Assembly (NCBI GenBank): GCA_963725665.1
Contig: CAVRZA010000001.1
Coordinates: forward strand, 1 to 64,000
Direction of reading: 5' to 3'
Source: an uncultured Actinomycetes bacterium
GTDB taxonomy: Bacteria; Actinomycetota; Thermoleophilia; UBA2241
DNA length: 64,000 bases
Shown here: piece after piece, positions 1 to 11,321 of the stretch
How the letters are laid out: every line of letters starts with the position of its first letter
Position numbering within the stretch: the first letter of the stretch is position 1
Program-made: the position numbers and the translations under genes
The notes under the pieces: model-generated
Seen by the model: only the letters and a program-made list of their open reading frames with translations
The model's database searches: none
What the model was told of the DNA's origin: nothing

Positions 1-40
1 TAGGCGATGCGGCCGCCGAGCCACGACGGGGCGGCGGCCG

Positions 41-3000
41 CTACTTCACCACGAGCTTGCCGGCGATCACCTTCTTCTGCGCGTTGCCGGCGATGTCCAC
101 CACGTACACGCGGAAGCGGTAGGTGCCGCGCTTCAGCTTGCGCGTCACGGCGCACTTGACGTTGGCGTTCGTGCGCACGACAGTGCCGACCTTGGTGATC
201 GTCGCGACCTTCTTGCCGCGGCTGTTGGTGATGACGACCTTGGTCACGCGAGCGCGGCCGCAGCTCGGCTTGGGATCCGTGACGCGGAAGCGCAGGGTGA
301 GCCGGCCGCTGCGCCTGCCGAGTGAGGCGAGACAGCGCGTCACACTGGGCCGGCCTCTGTCGATGCCGATCACGCAGCTCTTCGCCGCGCTGACGTTGCC
401 GTTCGCGTCGGTGGCCCGGAAGCTGACGACGTGACGCCCCAGACCCGTGATGAGGGCGCTGCTGCCCGTCTTCCAGGGGCCCTGACCGAGACGATAGGCG
501 ATGTCGCGCACTCCCGATGCCCCGTCGGTCGCCGTGAAGCGAGCGGTCACCGACTTGGTCTTGAACCACCGGCCGGCCTGCGGGCACGTCACCTGCGGTG
601 CGGTGTCGTCGATCTGCACGGTGGCCGATTCGATGGCCTCGTCGTTGCCGGCGTTGTCGGTCGAGAAGTAGGTGACGGTGTGCGTGCCGTCGCCGCTCAC
701 CACGACGCTCGTGCCCTGTCGCTGTGCGCCCCCATCGATCACGTACGTGGTCGAGGCGACGCCCGACGAGGCGTCGCCGGCGGCGAGCGTGAGCGTCACC
801 GGCCCGTGCTGCCAGCCGGCCGGCGCGTTGTCGCTCGTCTGCGGCGCCGTGGTGTCGATGCGCACGACGGCCGTCCTCGTGTCCTCGGCCACGTCGCCGA
901 TGGTCGAGGACCGGTAGGTGATCACGTGCACGCCGTCGTTGGCGTGGGTCGCCGGCGCCTCGACGACCACACTCGTCCCGGTCTGCGTGGGGCCGCCGTC
1001 GAGCTCGTAGGTCGTGCGCACGGCGCGCTCACCGGGCGTGATCGTGAGGGTCACATCATGGTTGACCCAGCCGGCCGGGGCATCGTCGGTGCTGGCGCCG
1101 GGAGGAGTCGTGCCGATCGTCAACGTCCGGGAGGTCTTGACTGCCTCGTCGTTTCCGGCGTTGTCGGTCGAGTAGTAGCTCACCGTGTGCTGTCCGTCGC
1201 CCGTGACCTCGGCAGAAGTGCCGGTCTGCCAGGCGCCGTCGTCGACGCGGTAGTGGGTCGCGGCGACGCCCGAGACGTCGCGCGCGCCGTTGTCGTCCGA
1301 CGGCGACAGCGTGACCGTGACGGGGTCGGTGTGTGCCGGCGGGCCGGCGGCGATGTCGTCGCGCGTCTCTGGCGGCAGCGTGTCGATGAGCACGGTAGCG
1401 CTCTTGTCGGTCTCGCGATTGCCGACCGCGTCGGTGGAGCGGTAGGCGATCACGTGAGCGCCGTCGTTGGAGTGGTCGGCCGGCGCGGCGACGTGCACGC
1501 TGGTGCCGGCCTCAGTCGCGCCGCCGTCGAGCTCGAACGTGGTGCCGGCAAGGCCGCCGACCATGCCGGAGAGCAGGTCCGTCGGCGTGAGCGTCACGGT
1601 CGTGTCGGCGTTCTGCCAGGCCGTGGGAGCGTCGTCGCCGGTCACCGGAGCGGCGGCGTCGATGCGGACCGTCACTGTCTTGGCGCTCTCGACGTTGCCG
1701 GCGGTGTCGGTGGAGAAGTACGTGACGGTGTGCTCGCCGTCGCCCGTGACCACAACGTCGGTGCCCGGACTGCGGGGCGCCGTCGTCGATCTGGTAGGTG
1801 GTGCCGGCGCTGCCGCCCGTCATGCCAGAACCGGAGTCCGACGGCGTGAGCGAGAAGCTCACCGGGCCCGTCTGCCAGGCGCTGCCGCCGGCATAGGTGT
1901 TGCCGGTCACCGGCGCTGTGGTATCGATGTTGACGTAGCCGGTGTGCTGCGTTTCCACGTTACCGAGGCGTCGGTGGACCAGTAAGGCGATCTCGTGGCT
2001 GCCTTCGCCGCTGACGGCGAAGTCCGCGTCGGTGCCCTCGACGTCGTACTGAGTCAGTCGCCGTCCACCGATAGTGGATCGTCGTGGCGCCATGGCCGCC
2101 CGTCGCCATGAGCGTCACCGTCTGTGGGTCGTTCTTCTGCCAGCCGCCGTCGGCGGAGTCGGACACGGCGGCGTTCGCACTCGTCACCGGCGGGCTCGCC
2201 CAGATGTTCACCCAGCCGGAGTGCGCCGCCTCGGCATTGCCGGCGGCATCGGTCGACCAGTACGTGATCGCGTGGCTGCCGTCGCCGCTCACCTCGAACG
2301 GGTTGGTATAGGGGTACTGCACGCCGTCGAGCGTGTAGTAGGTGTCGGCGAGGCCGCTGCCGCCGCTGTCGGCGGCCGCGAGGCTCACCATCTGCGACGT
2401 CGTGCGCCAGGCGCTGTCGCCGTCGCTGGCCAGCGCCGGCGTGGAGCCGTCGCCGGTCGCCGGCGCTGTGGTGTCGAAGTTGAGGGTGCAACTGCCGGTG
2501 GTCTCGTTGCCGGCCTTGTCAATGGCCTTGTACTCGTATGTCACCGGGCCGTTCTCGCCGGCGGCCGGGATCGTGAAGCCGTCGCCGCTCACGTCGGTCC
2601 ACGTGCCGCCGGTGCCGGCGCGGTACTGCGCCTTGTCGACGCCCGAGCCGCTGCCGTCGCCGGTCGTGAGGGTCACGTCCACGTCGCCGCTGTGCCAGGA
2701 GGTGTCGGCGTCGGCACTGCTCGTGACGGTCGGCGCTGTCGCGTCGATGTTGACGAACGCGGCGTGAGCGGCCTCGACGTTACCGGCCCTGTCGATGGCG
2801 CGGTAGAGCAGCGTGTGCGAGCCCTCGCCGCTGACGACGAACGGGGCCATGTAGGGCAGGTAGCCGGCGTCGTCGAGGTCGTACTCGATCCCGGCCAGGC
2901 CGCTGATCGGGGCCGGACCCACGTCGGCAGCCGACAGCGTGACGAGCTGGGGAGTGTTCTGCCAGCCGCTGACCGCGTCGATGGCCAGAGCCGGGCTCGA

Positions 3001-4731
3001 ACTGTCGCTGCTCACGGGCGCGCCGCTGTCGATGTTCACCCAGCCGGTCTGTGCCGGCTCGTGGTTGCCGGCGGTGTCGGTCGACCAGTACGTGATCGCG
3101 TGGCTGCCGTCGCCGCTCACCTCGAACGGGTCGGTGTAGGGGTGCTGCACGCCGTCGAGCGTGTAGAAGGTGTCGGCGAGGCCGCTGCCGCCGCTGTCGG
3201 CGGCCGCGAGGCTCACCATCTGCGACGTCGTGCGCCAGGCGCTGTCGCCGTCGCTCGCCAGCGCCGGAGTGGAAGCATCGTCAGTCGCCGGCGCGGTCAC
3301 GTCGATGCGCACGACGCGCGTGGTGGTCGATCCGCCATCGCCGGCGGCGTTGACGGCGCGCACGTGGAAGTACCACACGCCGTCGGCCTTGCCGGTGAAC
3401 GACCCTCCCAGGAAGGCCGTGCCGCGGAAGACGCTCACTTTGCCGTCGTTCATGTCGGTCGTGATCAAATCGCCGTAGCCGTCGCCGTTGAGGTCGCCCA
3501 GCGCGACGAAACAGGGGCCGCTGCCGGTCGCCAGGTCGGTCTTGGGGGCGAACGTGCCGTTGCCGTTGCCGTAGAGGATGCTGACGCTGTTCGCGGAGTT
3601 GTTCGTCGTGACCAGGTCGGGTGCGCTGTCCTGGTTCAGGTCGATCACGCTGAACGCGTAGGGGCCATTGCCGATCGCGTAGTCCGCCTTGGCGGCGTAG
3701 GTGCCGTCCCCATGATTGAGCAGGATGCTAGCCGTGTTGGTGCCCCAGTTGACCGTCGCGAGGTCGGGCTTGCCGTCGCGGTTCAGGTCGGCGGCGAGGA
3801 CCATCTGGGGGTTGCCGCTGACCGCGTAGTTGACGGCGGCCTCGAAGGTTCCGTTGCCTTTGCCCATGAGCACGCTGACGCTGCCAGCCGAGTAGTTCGC
3901 GGTAGCCAGGTCCTGCTTGCCGTCGCCGTTCAGATCGCAGAGGTCGATCGAGGTCGGGTGGGTCGGAGTGCTGAAGGTCGAGGGAGCGCCGAAGGTGCCG
4001 TTTCCATTGTTGAGCAGCACGCTCACGTTGTTCGTGCTGGCGTTCGCCGTGAAGATGTCGAGCTTGCCGTCGCCGTTGACGTCGCCCATGCGCAGGCACT
4101 CGGGGTTGGTGCCGATCCCGGTCGTGTAGTCGACCTTGGCCTGGAAGGTGCCGTCGCCGTTGTTGATGAGCACGGTCGCGGAGCTGGCCGCATGGTTGCC
4201 GGTGACCACGTCGATGTGGCCGTCGCCGTTCACGTCGCCGATGGCCATCGACCAGGGGCCGGCGGCCGTCGCGTAGTCGACCTTGGGCGCGAGGGTGCCG
4301 TCGCCGTTGCCGAGCAGCACGCTCACGGTGTTGGAGTTGTAGTTCTCCACCACGAGATCGAGGTCGCCGTCGCCGCTCAGGTCGACCAGGCGGGCCTCGG
4401 CCGGCCTGGAGCCGACGGTGTAGGTCACCCGCGGCAGGTACGTGAGGGAGTTCCGGTCGCTGGTGGTGTCGGGGATGGTGGATGGATCCTGGTCGAGCAC
4501 CATGGAGTAGCCGGCGATCGCCCAGCCGTCCGCTACGGTCGGATCCCACGCGAACGACGGGCTGTTGGAGGAGTACCAGGTGGACTCGTCGGGGTGAGTC
4601 GCCGACACGAGGCCCGTGACTGCACCCGGCACTGCCAGCGCCGGACTCGCCCAGACGGCCATGACCGTGAGGGTGCTCAGGACGAGGATGGTGGTGATGA
4701 CGTGCCGCTTCGGGTATGAAGCCCGGCTCAT
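41..4731 (-). CDS. Large secreted/surface protein: signal peptide, FG-GAP/VCBS beta-propeller, many Ig-like repeats, basic C-terminal beta domain; split by apparent frameshifts at about 1750-2090
   Basis: ORFs 1960..4731, 1512..2093 (part) and 41..1753 carry the same repeat motif (V-x-G-D-G-x-H-T-x-x-Y-x-S-T-D-x-A-G-N-x-E...IDxxAP). The N-terminal region has repeated DxNGDGxxD motifs. Confidence 0.85.
2203..3294. repeat. Near-identical internal duplication of about 260 bp (2203-2466 and 3031-3294, offset 828 bp)
   Basis: Both copies encode STPALASDGDSAWRTTSQMVSLAAADSGGSGLADTxYTLDGVQ...GWVNI with near-identical DNA. Confidence 0.9.
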
Positions 4732-5001
4732 GCAAGCCTCCGTTGCTTTCGACGTCAGCCAAACAAGGTCGGCTGGATGTACACTTCCTTGAGCCAGTAT
4801 CGGCTCGGGTGGCGCGGCTTCCCCATGGGACGTGCGTCTAGATGCCTATTTCTACTAGGCATCGTGTGGGAAGCGCTGCACCGTAGGCGTGATGCGCGTT
4901 TCTGGCTGCGGAGTCGCCGGAGCGGATTCCCAGGGGAGTGTTGCGGAGGGCTTTGCCGCGCCGGGACGCCGCCAGTGGCGGTGTCTGCTGCCGCAAGGCC
5001 G

Positions 5002-6150
5002 TCAGGCGAGCATCGAGAGCGCGCCGGGCAGGAGGTCGATGCGCACCGGGACGTCGCCGCGGGCATCGCCGTCGATGTCGAGCGGGAAGAGGCCGTGCTT
5101 CAGCGAGCGGCGGTGCGGGGGGTGACCGGGGGTCCGGGAAGGGCGAGAGGGCGCATCGCGGGACGGGGCCCACGGCTCCAGCGGCCGGCCGTCGACCTCG
5201 ACCGCGGTGAGCTCCAGCGAGCGACAGGTGAAGTGGTTGACGCCCGGCTCGAGCACGTGGGTGCCGCGGTAGACCGTCCCGAAGCGGCGGATGAGCTGCA
5301 GCTTGGTCCTCGTCTCGAAGCTCACCACCTCGAGGAGCCCGTCGTCGGGGGTCGCCATGGGCGCGATCCTCATGCCGCCGCCGAAGGCGTGGCCGTTGCA
5401 GACGGCGACCGCGTGCGCGCGCAAGAGGCGCTCGTCGGGCGAGCCGTCTGGCAGGACGGACCGGCAGTGCAGCGTGACCCGTGGGCAGGTGACGATACCG
5501 CTGAGGGCGGCCGCGCCGTAGGCGATGCGGCCGCCGAGCCACGACGGCGCGGCGGCCGAGTAGATGTCGACCAGACCGCCGATGCCGGCCGACAGCACGT
5601 TCACCCAGAGGCGCTCGCGGGCGGCGCCGTCGGCGCTCGTGAAGCGGGCGCGGCCGACGTCTATCGGCCGCTCGCGCCCCGCCACCAGCGCCGCGACGTA
5701 GACGTCGAAGCGATGCGCGAGGCCGAGCGAGCGCCCGAAGTCGCCGCCCGTGCCGATCGAGACGATGCCCAGGCGCGGCAGCTCGGGCGCGGGTCGGGGG
5801 GTCCGCGGCTCTGATGCGGTGCGGGACTCGTCGGCGGGTGTCGGCGCGCCCGCTGCCGCGGCAGCGGGCGCGCCGACACCGGTGGTCTGCCCGAGCAGCC
5901 CGTTCACCACCTCGTTCAGCGTGCCGTCGCCACCGAGGCTGACGACGAGCGGCCGCCGCTCGGCTACGGCCGCGGCGGCCAGCTCCTCGGCGTGACCCGG
6001 CCGTTCGGTCACCCGGCAGTCGAGTCGGCCCAAGGCGTTGCGCAAGGCCTCGAGCATGGACCCGAGGTCTTTGGCTGCTCGCCCCCGGCGCGCCGCCGGG
6101 TTGGCGATGACCAGCGGCGGCGCCCCTCTGGTCGGCTCCGCTGTCTTCAT
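5002..6150 (-). CDS. Diacylglycerol kinase family lipid kinase (YegS/DagK-like)
   Basis: Motifs NPAA, GGDGTLNEVVNG, GTGGDF, NGHAFGGG and DDGLL. Confidence 0.9.
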   Translation of the reverse strand: MKTAEPTRGAPPLVIANPAARRGRAAKDLGSMLEALRNALGRLDCRVTERPGHAEELAAAAVAERRPLVVSLGGDGTLNEVVNGLLGQTTGVGAPAAAAAGAPTPADESRTASEPRTPRPAPELPRLGIVSIGTGGDFGRSLGLAHRFDVYVAALVAGRERPIDVGRARFTSADGAARERLWVNVLSAGIGGLVDIYSAAAPSWLGGRIAYGAAALSGIVTCPRVTLHCRSVLPDGSPDERLLRAHAVAVCNGHAFGGGMRIAPMATPDDGLLEVVSFETRTKLQLIRRFGTVYRGTHVLEPGVNHFTCRSLELTAVEVDGRPLEPWAPSRDAPSRPSRTPGHPPHRRSLKHGLFPLDIDGDARGDVPVRIDLLPGALSMLA

Positions 6151-6391
6151 GCCGTGAACCGTAACAGACGCACGCGCACCGTTGCGCCGCTCGACTGCGC
6201 GAGAGCGCCTGCGCGTGCCGGATGTGTCGCCGCTGGACCCGGATGTTTCCGCTGGCGCGATAACGGTGACGATGGCGCGACGAGCGAATCCCCCGGGGAT
6301 GGAGCTCCAACGAGGCCACTCGGGCTCGGGAGACTCGAGATGGGCTCTCGCGTCCGATAGGGAATCAGCGACGTTCCAAGGAGATGCTCCC

Positions 6392-8557
6392 GTGGCCTCA
6401 TTCGCACGTTGGTGCTACCGGCACCGCATCATCGTCGTCATCGCCTGGCTGGTCGTGCTGGTATCAGTGGTCGGCATCGAGCGCGCCGTCGGCAGCGCCT
6501 ACTCGAACAATTTCACCCTGCCGGGCACTGAGTCGACGAAGGCGCTGAGCCTGCTGACGTCGGCTCTGCCCAAGCAGTCCGGCGACTCCGACCAGATCGT
6601 CTGGCACGTCAACGCTGGCACGGTCAACGACCCCGCGGTGCGGGCGCGCATCGACCGGCTGCTCAAACGAGTGGCCGCCTCGCCCGGGGTGGCCGCGGTG
6701 CGCAGTCCCTACAGTCCCGCCGGCGCTGCTCAGATCAGCCGCGACGGCAGGACGGCCTACGCCACCGTCGTGTTCACCAAGCTGGCGAACCTGATCCCCA
6801 AGTCCCAGGTGAGGCACGTCATGAGTCTCGTGGCCGCGGCGCGCACGCCGACTCTTCAGGTGGAGATCGGCGGCCAGGCGATCGAGAACGTGACCCAGAC
6901 GCCGCCCTCCAACAGCGAGGCGATCGGCCTCATCGCGGCGGCCATCATCATCCTGCTGGCCTTCGGCTCGCTACTCGGCATGGCCCTGCCGCTGCTGGCC
7001 GCCGTCGTGGCGCTGGGCACGGCGATCTTCGGCATCGACCTTCTCTCGCACGCCGTGAGTCTCGCCGTGATCGCTCCCACGCTGGCCGCCCTCATCGGTC
7101 TGGGCGTGGGCATCGACTACGCGCTGTTCATCGTCACCCGCTACCGCGAAGGCCTGAAGGCCGGCCTGCCGCCCGAGGATGCGGCCGTGCGCGGTCTCAA
7201 CACGGCCGGTCGGGCGGTACTCTTCGCCGGCGGCACGGTCTGCGTGGCGCTGCTGGGGCTCTTCGTGCTGCGCCTGAGCTTCTTGAACGGCTTGGCGATC
7301 GCCTCGGTGATGACCGTGGCGCTGACGATGGCCACGGCGCTGACCCTGCTGCCGGCGATGCTCGGCTTCATGGGCGCGCGCGTGCTCAGCCGGCGCGAGC
7401 GGCGGCGGCTGGCAGCAGAGGGGCCGCAAGACGGCCACGACAAAGGGTTCTGGGCGGGCTGGGCGCGCTTCGTCTCGCGCCGGCCCGTCGTCCTGGCCGT
7501 GGCCGCCGTGGCGCTCATGCTGACCCTGGCCAGCCCGGTCCTCGCCCTGCGGCTCGGCCTCTCGGATGCCGGCAACGATCCCGCCGGAACGACGACGCGC
7601 AAGGCCTACGATCTGCTGGCGGCCGGGTTCGGTGCGGGGTCCAACGGTCCCCTGCTGCTCGTCGCCGAGGTGGGCTCGGCGGCCGATCGCGCCGCGCTGG
7701 CTCGACTCTCGCAGGACCTGCAGTCGGTGCCCGGCATCGCCGCCGTCGTGCCCTTCCCTTCGGCGCCTGGGGCGAAGGTCGCGGTGATCCAGGCCATCCC
7801 CACGACCGCTCCGCAGGACGCCCGCACCTCGGCGCTCATCACGCACCTGCGCCGCGACGTGATTCCGGCAGCCGAGCAGGGCACGACGCTACGCGTCTAC
7901 GTCGGCGGCGGCACGGCGATCTTCGACGACTTCGCCGCCGTCATCAGCGCCAAGCTGCCGCTCTTCATCGCCGTCATCGTCGGCCTGGGCTTCGTGCTCC
8001 TGCTGATCGCCTTCCGCAGTCTGCTCGTGCCCGCTACGGCGGCGGTCATGAACCTACTCGCCGCGGGCGCGGCGTTCGGCGTCGTGGTCGCCTTCTTCCA
8101 GTGGGGCTGGGGCTCGGAGCGCTTCGGGCTGGGCCGGGCCGGTCCGGTAGAGGCCTTCCTGCCCGTGATCATGCTCGCGCTCCTCTTCGGCCTCTCCATG
8201 GACTACCAGGTGTTTCTCGTCAGCCGCATGCACGAGGAGTGGGTCCACTCGCGCGACAACCGACGCGCGGTGGTGCTCGGGCAGGCGACCACGGGGCGCG
8301 TGATCAGCGCCGCGGCCGCCATCATGATCAGCGTCTTCGCCGCCTTCGCCCTCGGCGGCCAGCGGGTGGTGGCCGAGTTCGGCTTCGGGCTGGCGGCCGC
8401 GGTGTTCCTCGACGCCTTCGTGCTGCGTACCGTGCTCGTACCGTCGCTGATGCACCTCTTCGGCCGCGCCAACTGGTGGCTGCCGCGTCCGGTCGATCGC
8501 CGCATGCCGCACCTCTCGGTCGAGCCCGTGGCCGATCCCGCGGAGGAGGCCGCCTGA
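6392..8557 (+). CDS. MMPL family (RND) transporter
   Basis: Motifs GVGIDYALFIVTRYRE and FGLSMDYQVFLVSR; GTG start after AAGGAG. Confidence 0.93.
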   Translation: MASFARWCYRHRIIVVIAWLVVLVSVVGIERAVGSAYSNNFTLPGTESTKALSLLTSALPKQSGDSDQIVWHVNAGTVNDPAVRARIDRLLKRVAASPGVAAVRSPYSPAGAAQISRDGRTAYATVVFTKLANLIPKSQVRHVMSLVAAARTPTLQVEIGGQAIENVTQTPPSNSEAIGLIAAAIIILLAFGSLLGMALPLLAAVVALGTAIFGIDLLSHAVSLAVIAPTLAALIGLGVGIDYALFIVTRYREGLKAGLPPEDAAVRGLNTAGRAVLFAGGTVCVALLGLFVLRLSFLNGLAIASVMTVALTMATALTLLPAMLGFMGARVLSRRERRRLAAEGPQDGHDKGFWAGWARFVSRRPVVLAVAAVALMLTLASPVLALRLGLSDAGNDPAGTTTRKAYDLLAAGFGAGSNGPLLLVAEVGSAADRAALARLSQDLQSVPGIAAVVPFPSAPGAKVAVIQAIPTTAPQDARTSALITHLRRDVIPAAEQGTTLRVYVGGGTAIFDDFAAVISAKLPLFIAVIVGLGFVLLLIAFRSLLVPATAAVMNLLAAGAAFGVVVAFFQWGWGSERFGLGRAGPVEAFLPVIMLALLFGLSMDYQVFLVSRMHEEWVHSRDNRRAVVLGQATTGRVISAAAAIMISVFAAFALGGQRVVAEFGFGLAAAVFLDAFVLRTVLVPSLMHLFGRANWWLPRPVDRRMPHLSVEPVADPAEEAA

Positions 8558-8592
8558 GCGGCGGCGGCCGTCTGGGGTCACTTAGACGACGA

Positions 8593-9795
8593 TCAGCGTG
8601 ACGGGGCTAGCAGAGCCAGGGCGGCCCCAGACCGTTGTCTGCCGACGCTTCCCCCGACGGGCGTGGCTTGGGACGACCCGGGAGCGGCCTGCGACGACGC
8701 GGGCGCGGCCTGCCGCACGACGGGCTTGAGCGCCTTCGCGAGCACCTGTTCCCAGGCCACACGGGCCGACTCGACCGGGTGGATGAAGTCCCAGAAGGCG
8801 CTGTTCGGCAGATGCAGGCTCTCCTGCAGATCGAGGTACGGCACGCCGTACTTGGCGGCGATGTCACGCACGATCGGCTTGTAGATGCGCTTGAACGCGT
8901 CGAAGGAGTGGCCGACCACGTCCGTGTTCTCGGTCTCCTCGAGTAGGACGACCTTGAAGCCGCGCTGCTCGGCGCGCGCCACCACCGCGTCGAGGAGACG
9001 AGCGTTGTAGGGGTAGTAGCGGTAGAAGTTCGGCCCGCGCCCCTTGACCCACCGCTCGACGCCGGCCTTCTTCTGGGCCAGGGTCCACACCCTGCGCTGC
9101 GTGATCCAGTGCGGCTTGTAGACCGGCGCGAGTGATCGTGCTCGCGCCAAGTCAGTGGCGTGTGAACCCAAGTAGCCGACCAGGTAGTCCAGGATGCCCG
9201 GCAACGCCCCCGGGAGCCGTGCGGAGCGCGCGCCGATCGCCGGATTGCGGTCCACGAACTCACGCAGCGAGGGAGACTCGAGCAGCAGCGGTAGACCACG
9301 TAGCTGTCGCGCGATCTTGGCGGGACTGAAGTGGAAGCGGTTGTTGTTGACGGCAAGCACCACGATCCCTCGCCCTGGGGGCAGGTTGTCGATGATGGCC
9401 AGGCTCTGGCCGAGCGTCTGGTCGTAGTTGCTCAGGACGTAGGCGCGCACCGGCACGCCGCTGGCACGCTGGACCATGTCCGCGAACGAACGGTCCGAGA
9501 TGAGGGACTCGCGCGCCGCCGAGCCCCCGATCACGTAGATCGGCAGGCGGTCGGGAGGATGGCGCTTCAGCCGACCCACGGTGTAGGAGTTGTGCAGGAA
9601 GTCATCGCGCGCCGTGCGCAGCAGGGCGCGTTCCGGAACGACGGTATACGCGCCGCTGCTGAAAGCGGCCTGGATCCCGAGCAGTGCGGGGAAGACGAGT
9701 GCGACGGCGAGCACCAGGACGAATGGGGTGCGGCAGCGCAGACCGCCCGAGAACCGTCTCCCGCGCGTCGTCGTGATCGGCTTGTCAGTCACCAT
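8593..9795 (-). CDS. Membrane-anchored SGNH/DltD-like extracellular protein
   Basis: N-terminal TM helix, a GGS motif and a C-terminal DFIH (DxxH) motif. Confidence 0.55.
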   Translation of the reverse strand: MVTDKPITTTRGRRFSGGLRCRTPFVLVLAVALVFPALLGIQAAFSSGAYTVVPERALLRTARDDFLHNSYTVGRLKRHPPDRLPIYVIGGSAARESLISDRSFADMVQRASGVPVRAYVLSNYDQTLGQSLAIIDNLPPGRGIVVLAVNNNRFHFSPAKIARQLRGLPLLLESPSLREFVDRNPAIGARSARLPGALPGILDYLVGYLGSHATDLARARSLAPVYKPHWITQRRVWTLAQKKAGVERWVKGRGPNFYRYYPYNARLLDAVVARAEQRGFKVVLLEETENTDVVGHSFDAFKRIYKPIVRDIAAKYGVPYLDLQESLHLPNSAFWDFIHPVESARVAWEQVLAKALKPVVRQAAPASSQAAPGSSQATPVGGSVGRQRSGAALALLAPSR

Positions 9796-9972
9796 GGCAG
9801 CGGCTTAGACGAGCCGGTGGGGCGGTGCACTGCGGCATGGAGGGAAGTGACTCACGTTGAACACACAAACCGGACCGGCTGAGATTCGACAGATACTCCT
9901 GCTGGCTCGGCAGTATAGCCGATTACGCGTCGGCGGCGGGCGCGGGGCGCCCTTTGCGGGCGCCCCGCGCTT

Positions 9973-10975
9973 CTAGCTCAGCGCGATGCCCTCCGCCTGA
10001 AATCGTTTCTGGAGTCCGCGGAGGTAGGCGTCCTGGGCGATGCGCCGGCGCCGGTAGTGCTTGATGCCGAGGCGCGTCACGCACTGTGGCGCCGGCGCCG
10101 GCGAGCGAGACCACGTCGCACGTCGGCGAGAAGCTCGCGTCGACCTCGGGCGACTCCTGGGCGGTGGCGCTGGCGACCTCGACCGCCACGACCACGACGC
10201 GGTCGAGGTCGGCGTCGATGACCACTCTGAACTGCACGTCAAGGATGTAGAGCTCATCGCCACGCGAGTAGTTGGTGACCACCGTGTTGCCGATCACCGA
10301 GTTGGGCACCACGGCGATGTCGCCGGTCGCCGTGCGCAGGCGGGTCTCACGCCAGGTCAGGTCGACGACTTCGCCCTCCTCGCCGCTCTGCAGGTGCACG
10401 AACTGGCCCGGCTCGTACTGGTGCGTCAAGGTGATCTGCAGGCCGGTGAACAGGTTCCTCAGGATGTCCTGCAGGCCCAGGGAGACGGCGATGCCGGTGA
10501 CGCCCAGCGCGGTGAGCAGGGGACCGATCTCCACGCCGAGCAGGTTGAGCGCCACCATGAAGGCGATCACCCAGATCACGAAGCGCACGATGTTGAGGAC
10601 GATCGAGGCGCTCGGCAGACGCGACTTGTCAGAGGCGACGAGAGCCCTGGTCAACGCGGCGGCCAGGCGCGTCAGGAAGACCGTCACGGAGAGCACGAGG
10701 ACCACGATCCAGGCACGCTCGAGCCAGACGTCCCAGGTCTGCGAGAGCGAGGCCCTCGGGTCGGCGATGGCGACGCCGACCAGGGCGCCCCAGACCTCGA
10801 GCATGCCGCCCAGCGACGCCGCCGCCGCGCCCGGCCATCTCAGGCCGCGCGCCTCGCCGTACCTGCGCAGGCGGCGCAGGACGAGGACGTGTACCAGCGC
10901 CCCCGCGAGCGCACCGATCGCGAGGGCGACAAGCGCCCACGATAGGGCGGAGACCCAACTGGCGGTCGCGATCAC
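9973..10975 (-). CDS. Small-conductance mechanosensitive channel (MscS family); frameshift near 10080
   Basis: TM helices then LGLQDILRNLFTG...GEVVDLTWRETRL...VPNS. The C-terminus continues in ORF 9973..10263. Confidence 0.85.
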
Positions 10976-11321
10976 GTCACGACCGCCATCGCGGGGCGAT
11001 GCGGGTGGTGGTGCGCGCCGCTGTCATGCGCCGATCAGCCATCTGCCCGTTCAGGTTCGGCGCGCAGCGCCGACCCCCTTGCCGCGGTCGGTCGGCCGTC
11101 CGGAGCTAGGGCTGCCGATTGGCGAGGTGACGTCAGGCCACCACGCTCGCGCGGAGCAGTAGATCGATGCGCACCGGCACGTCGCCTCGGCGGCAACGTC
11201 GATGTCGAGTGGGACGAGACCATGCCGCATGGTCAGCAGCGGGGCAACGGCCAACTGCTTACGACGCAGGCAATCTGGCAATCAAAGCGTTGAACACAGT
11301 CAGCCATGGGGAGGTACCAAG

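Noticed and set aside
2074-4719. Long antisense or alternate-frame ORFs (also 431..1849, 23259..24875, 32832..35129, 41757..43379)
   Set aside because: These are shadow ORFs opposite well-supported genes, expected from codon bias in high-GC DNA, with no recognisable motifs.
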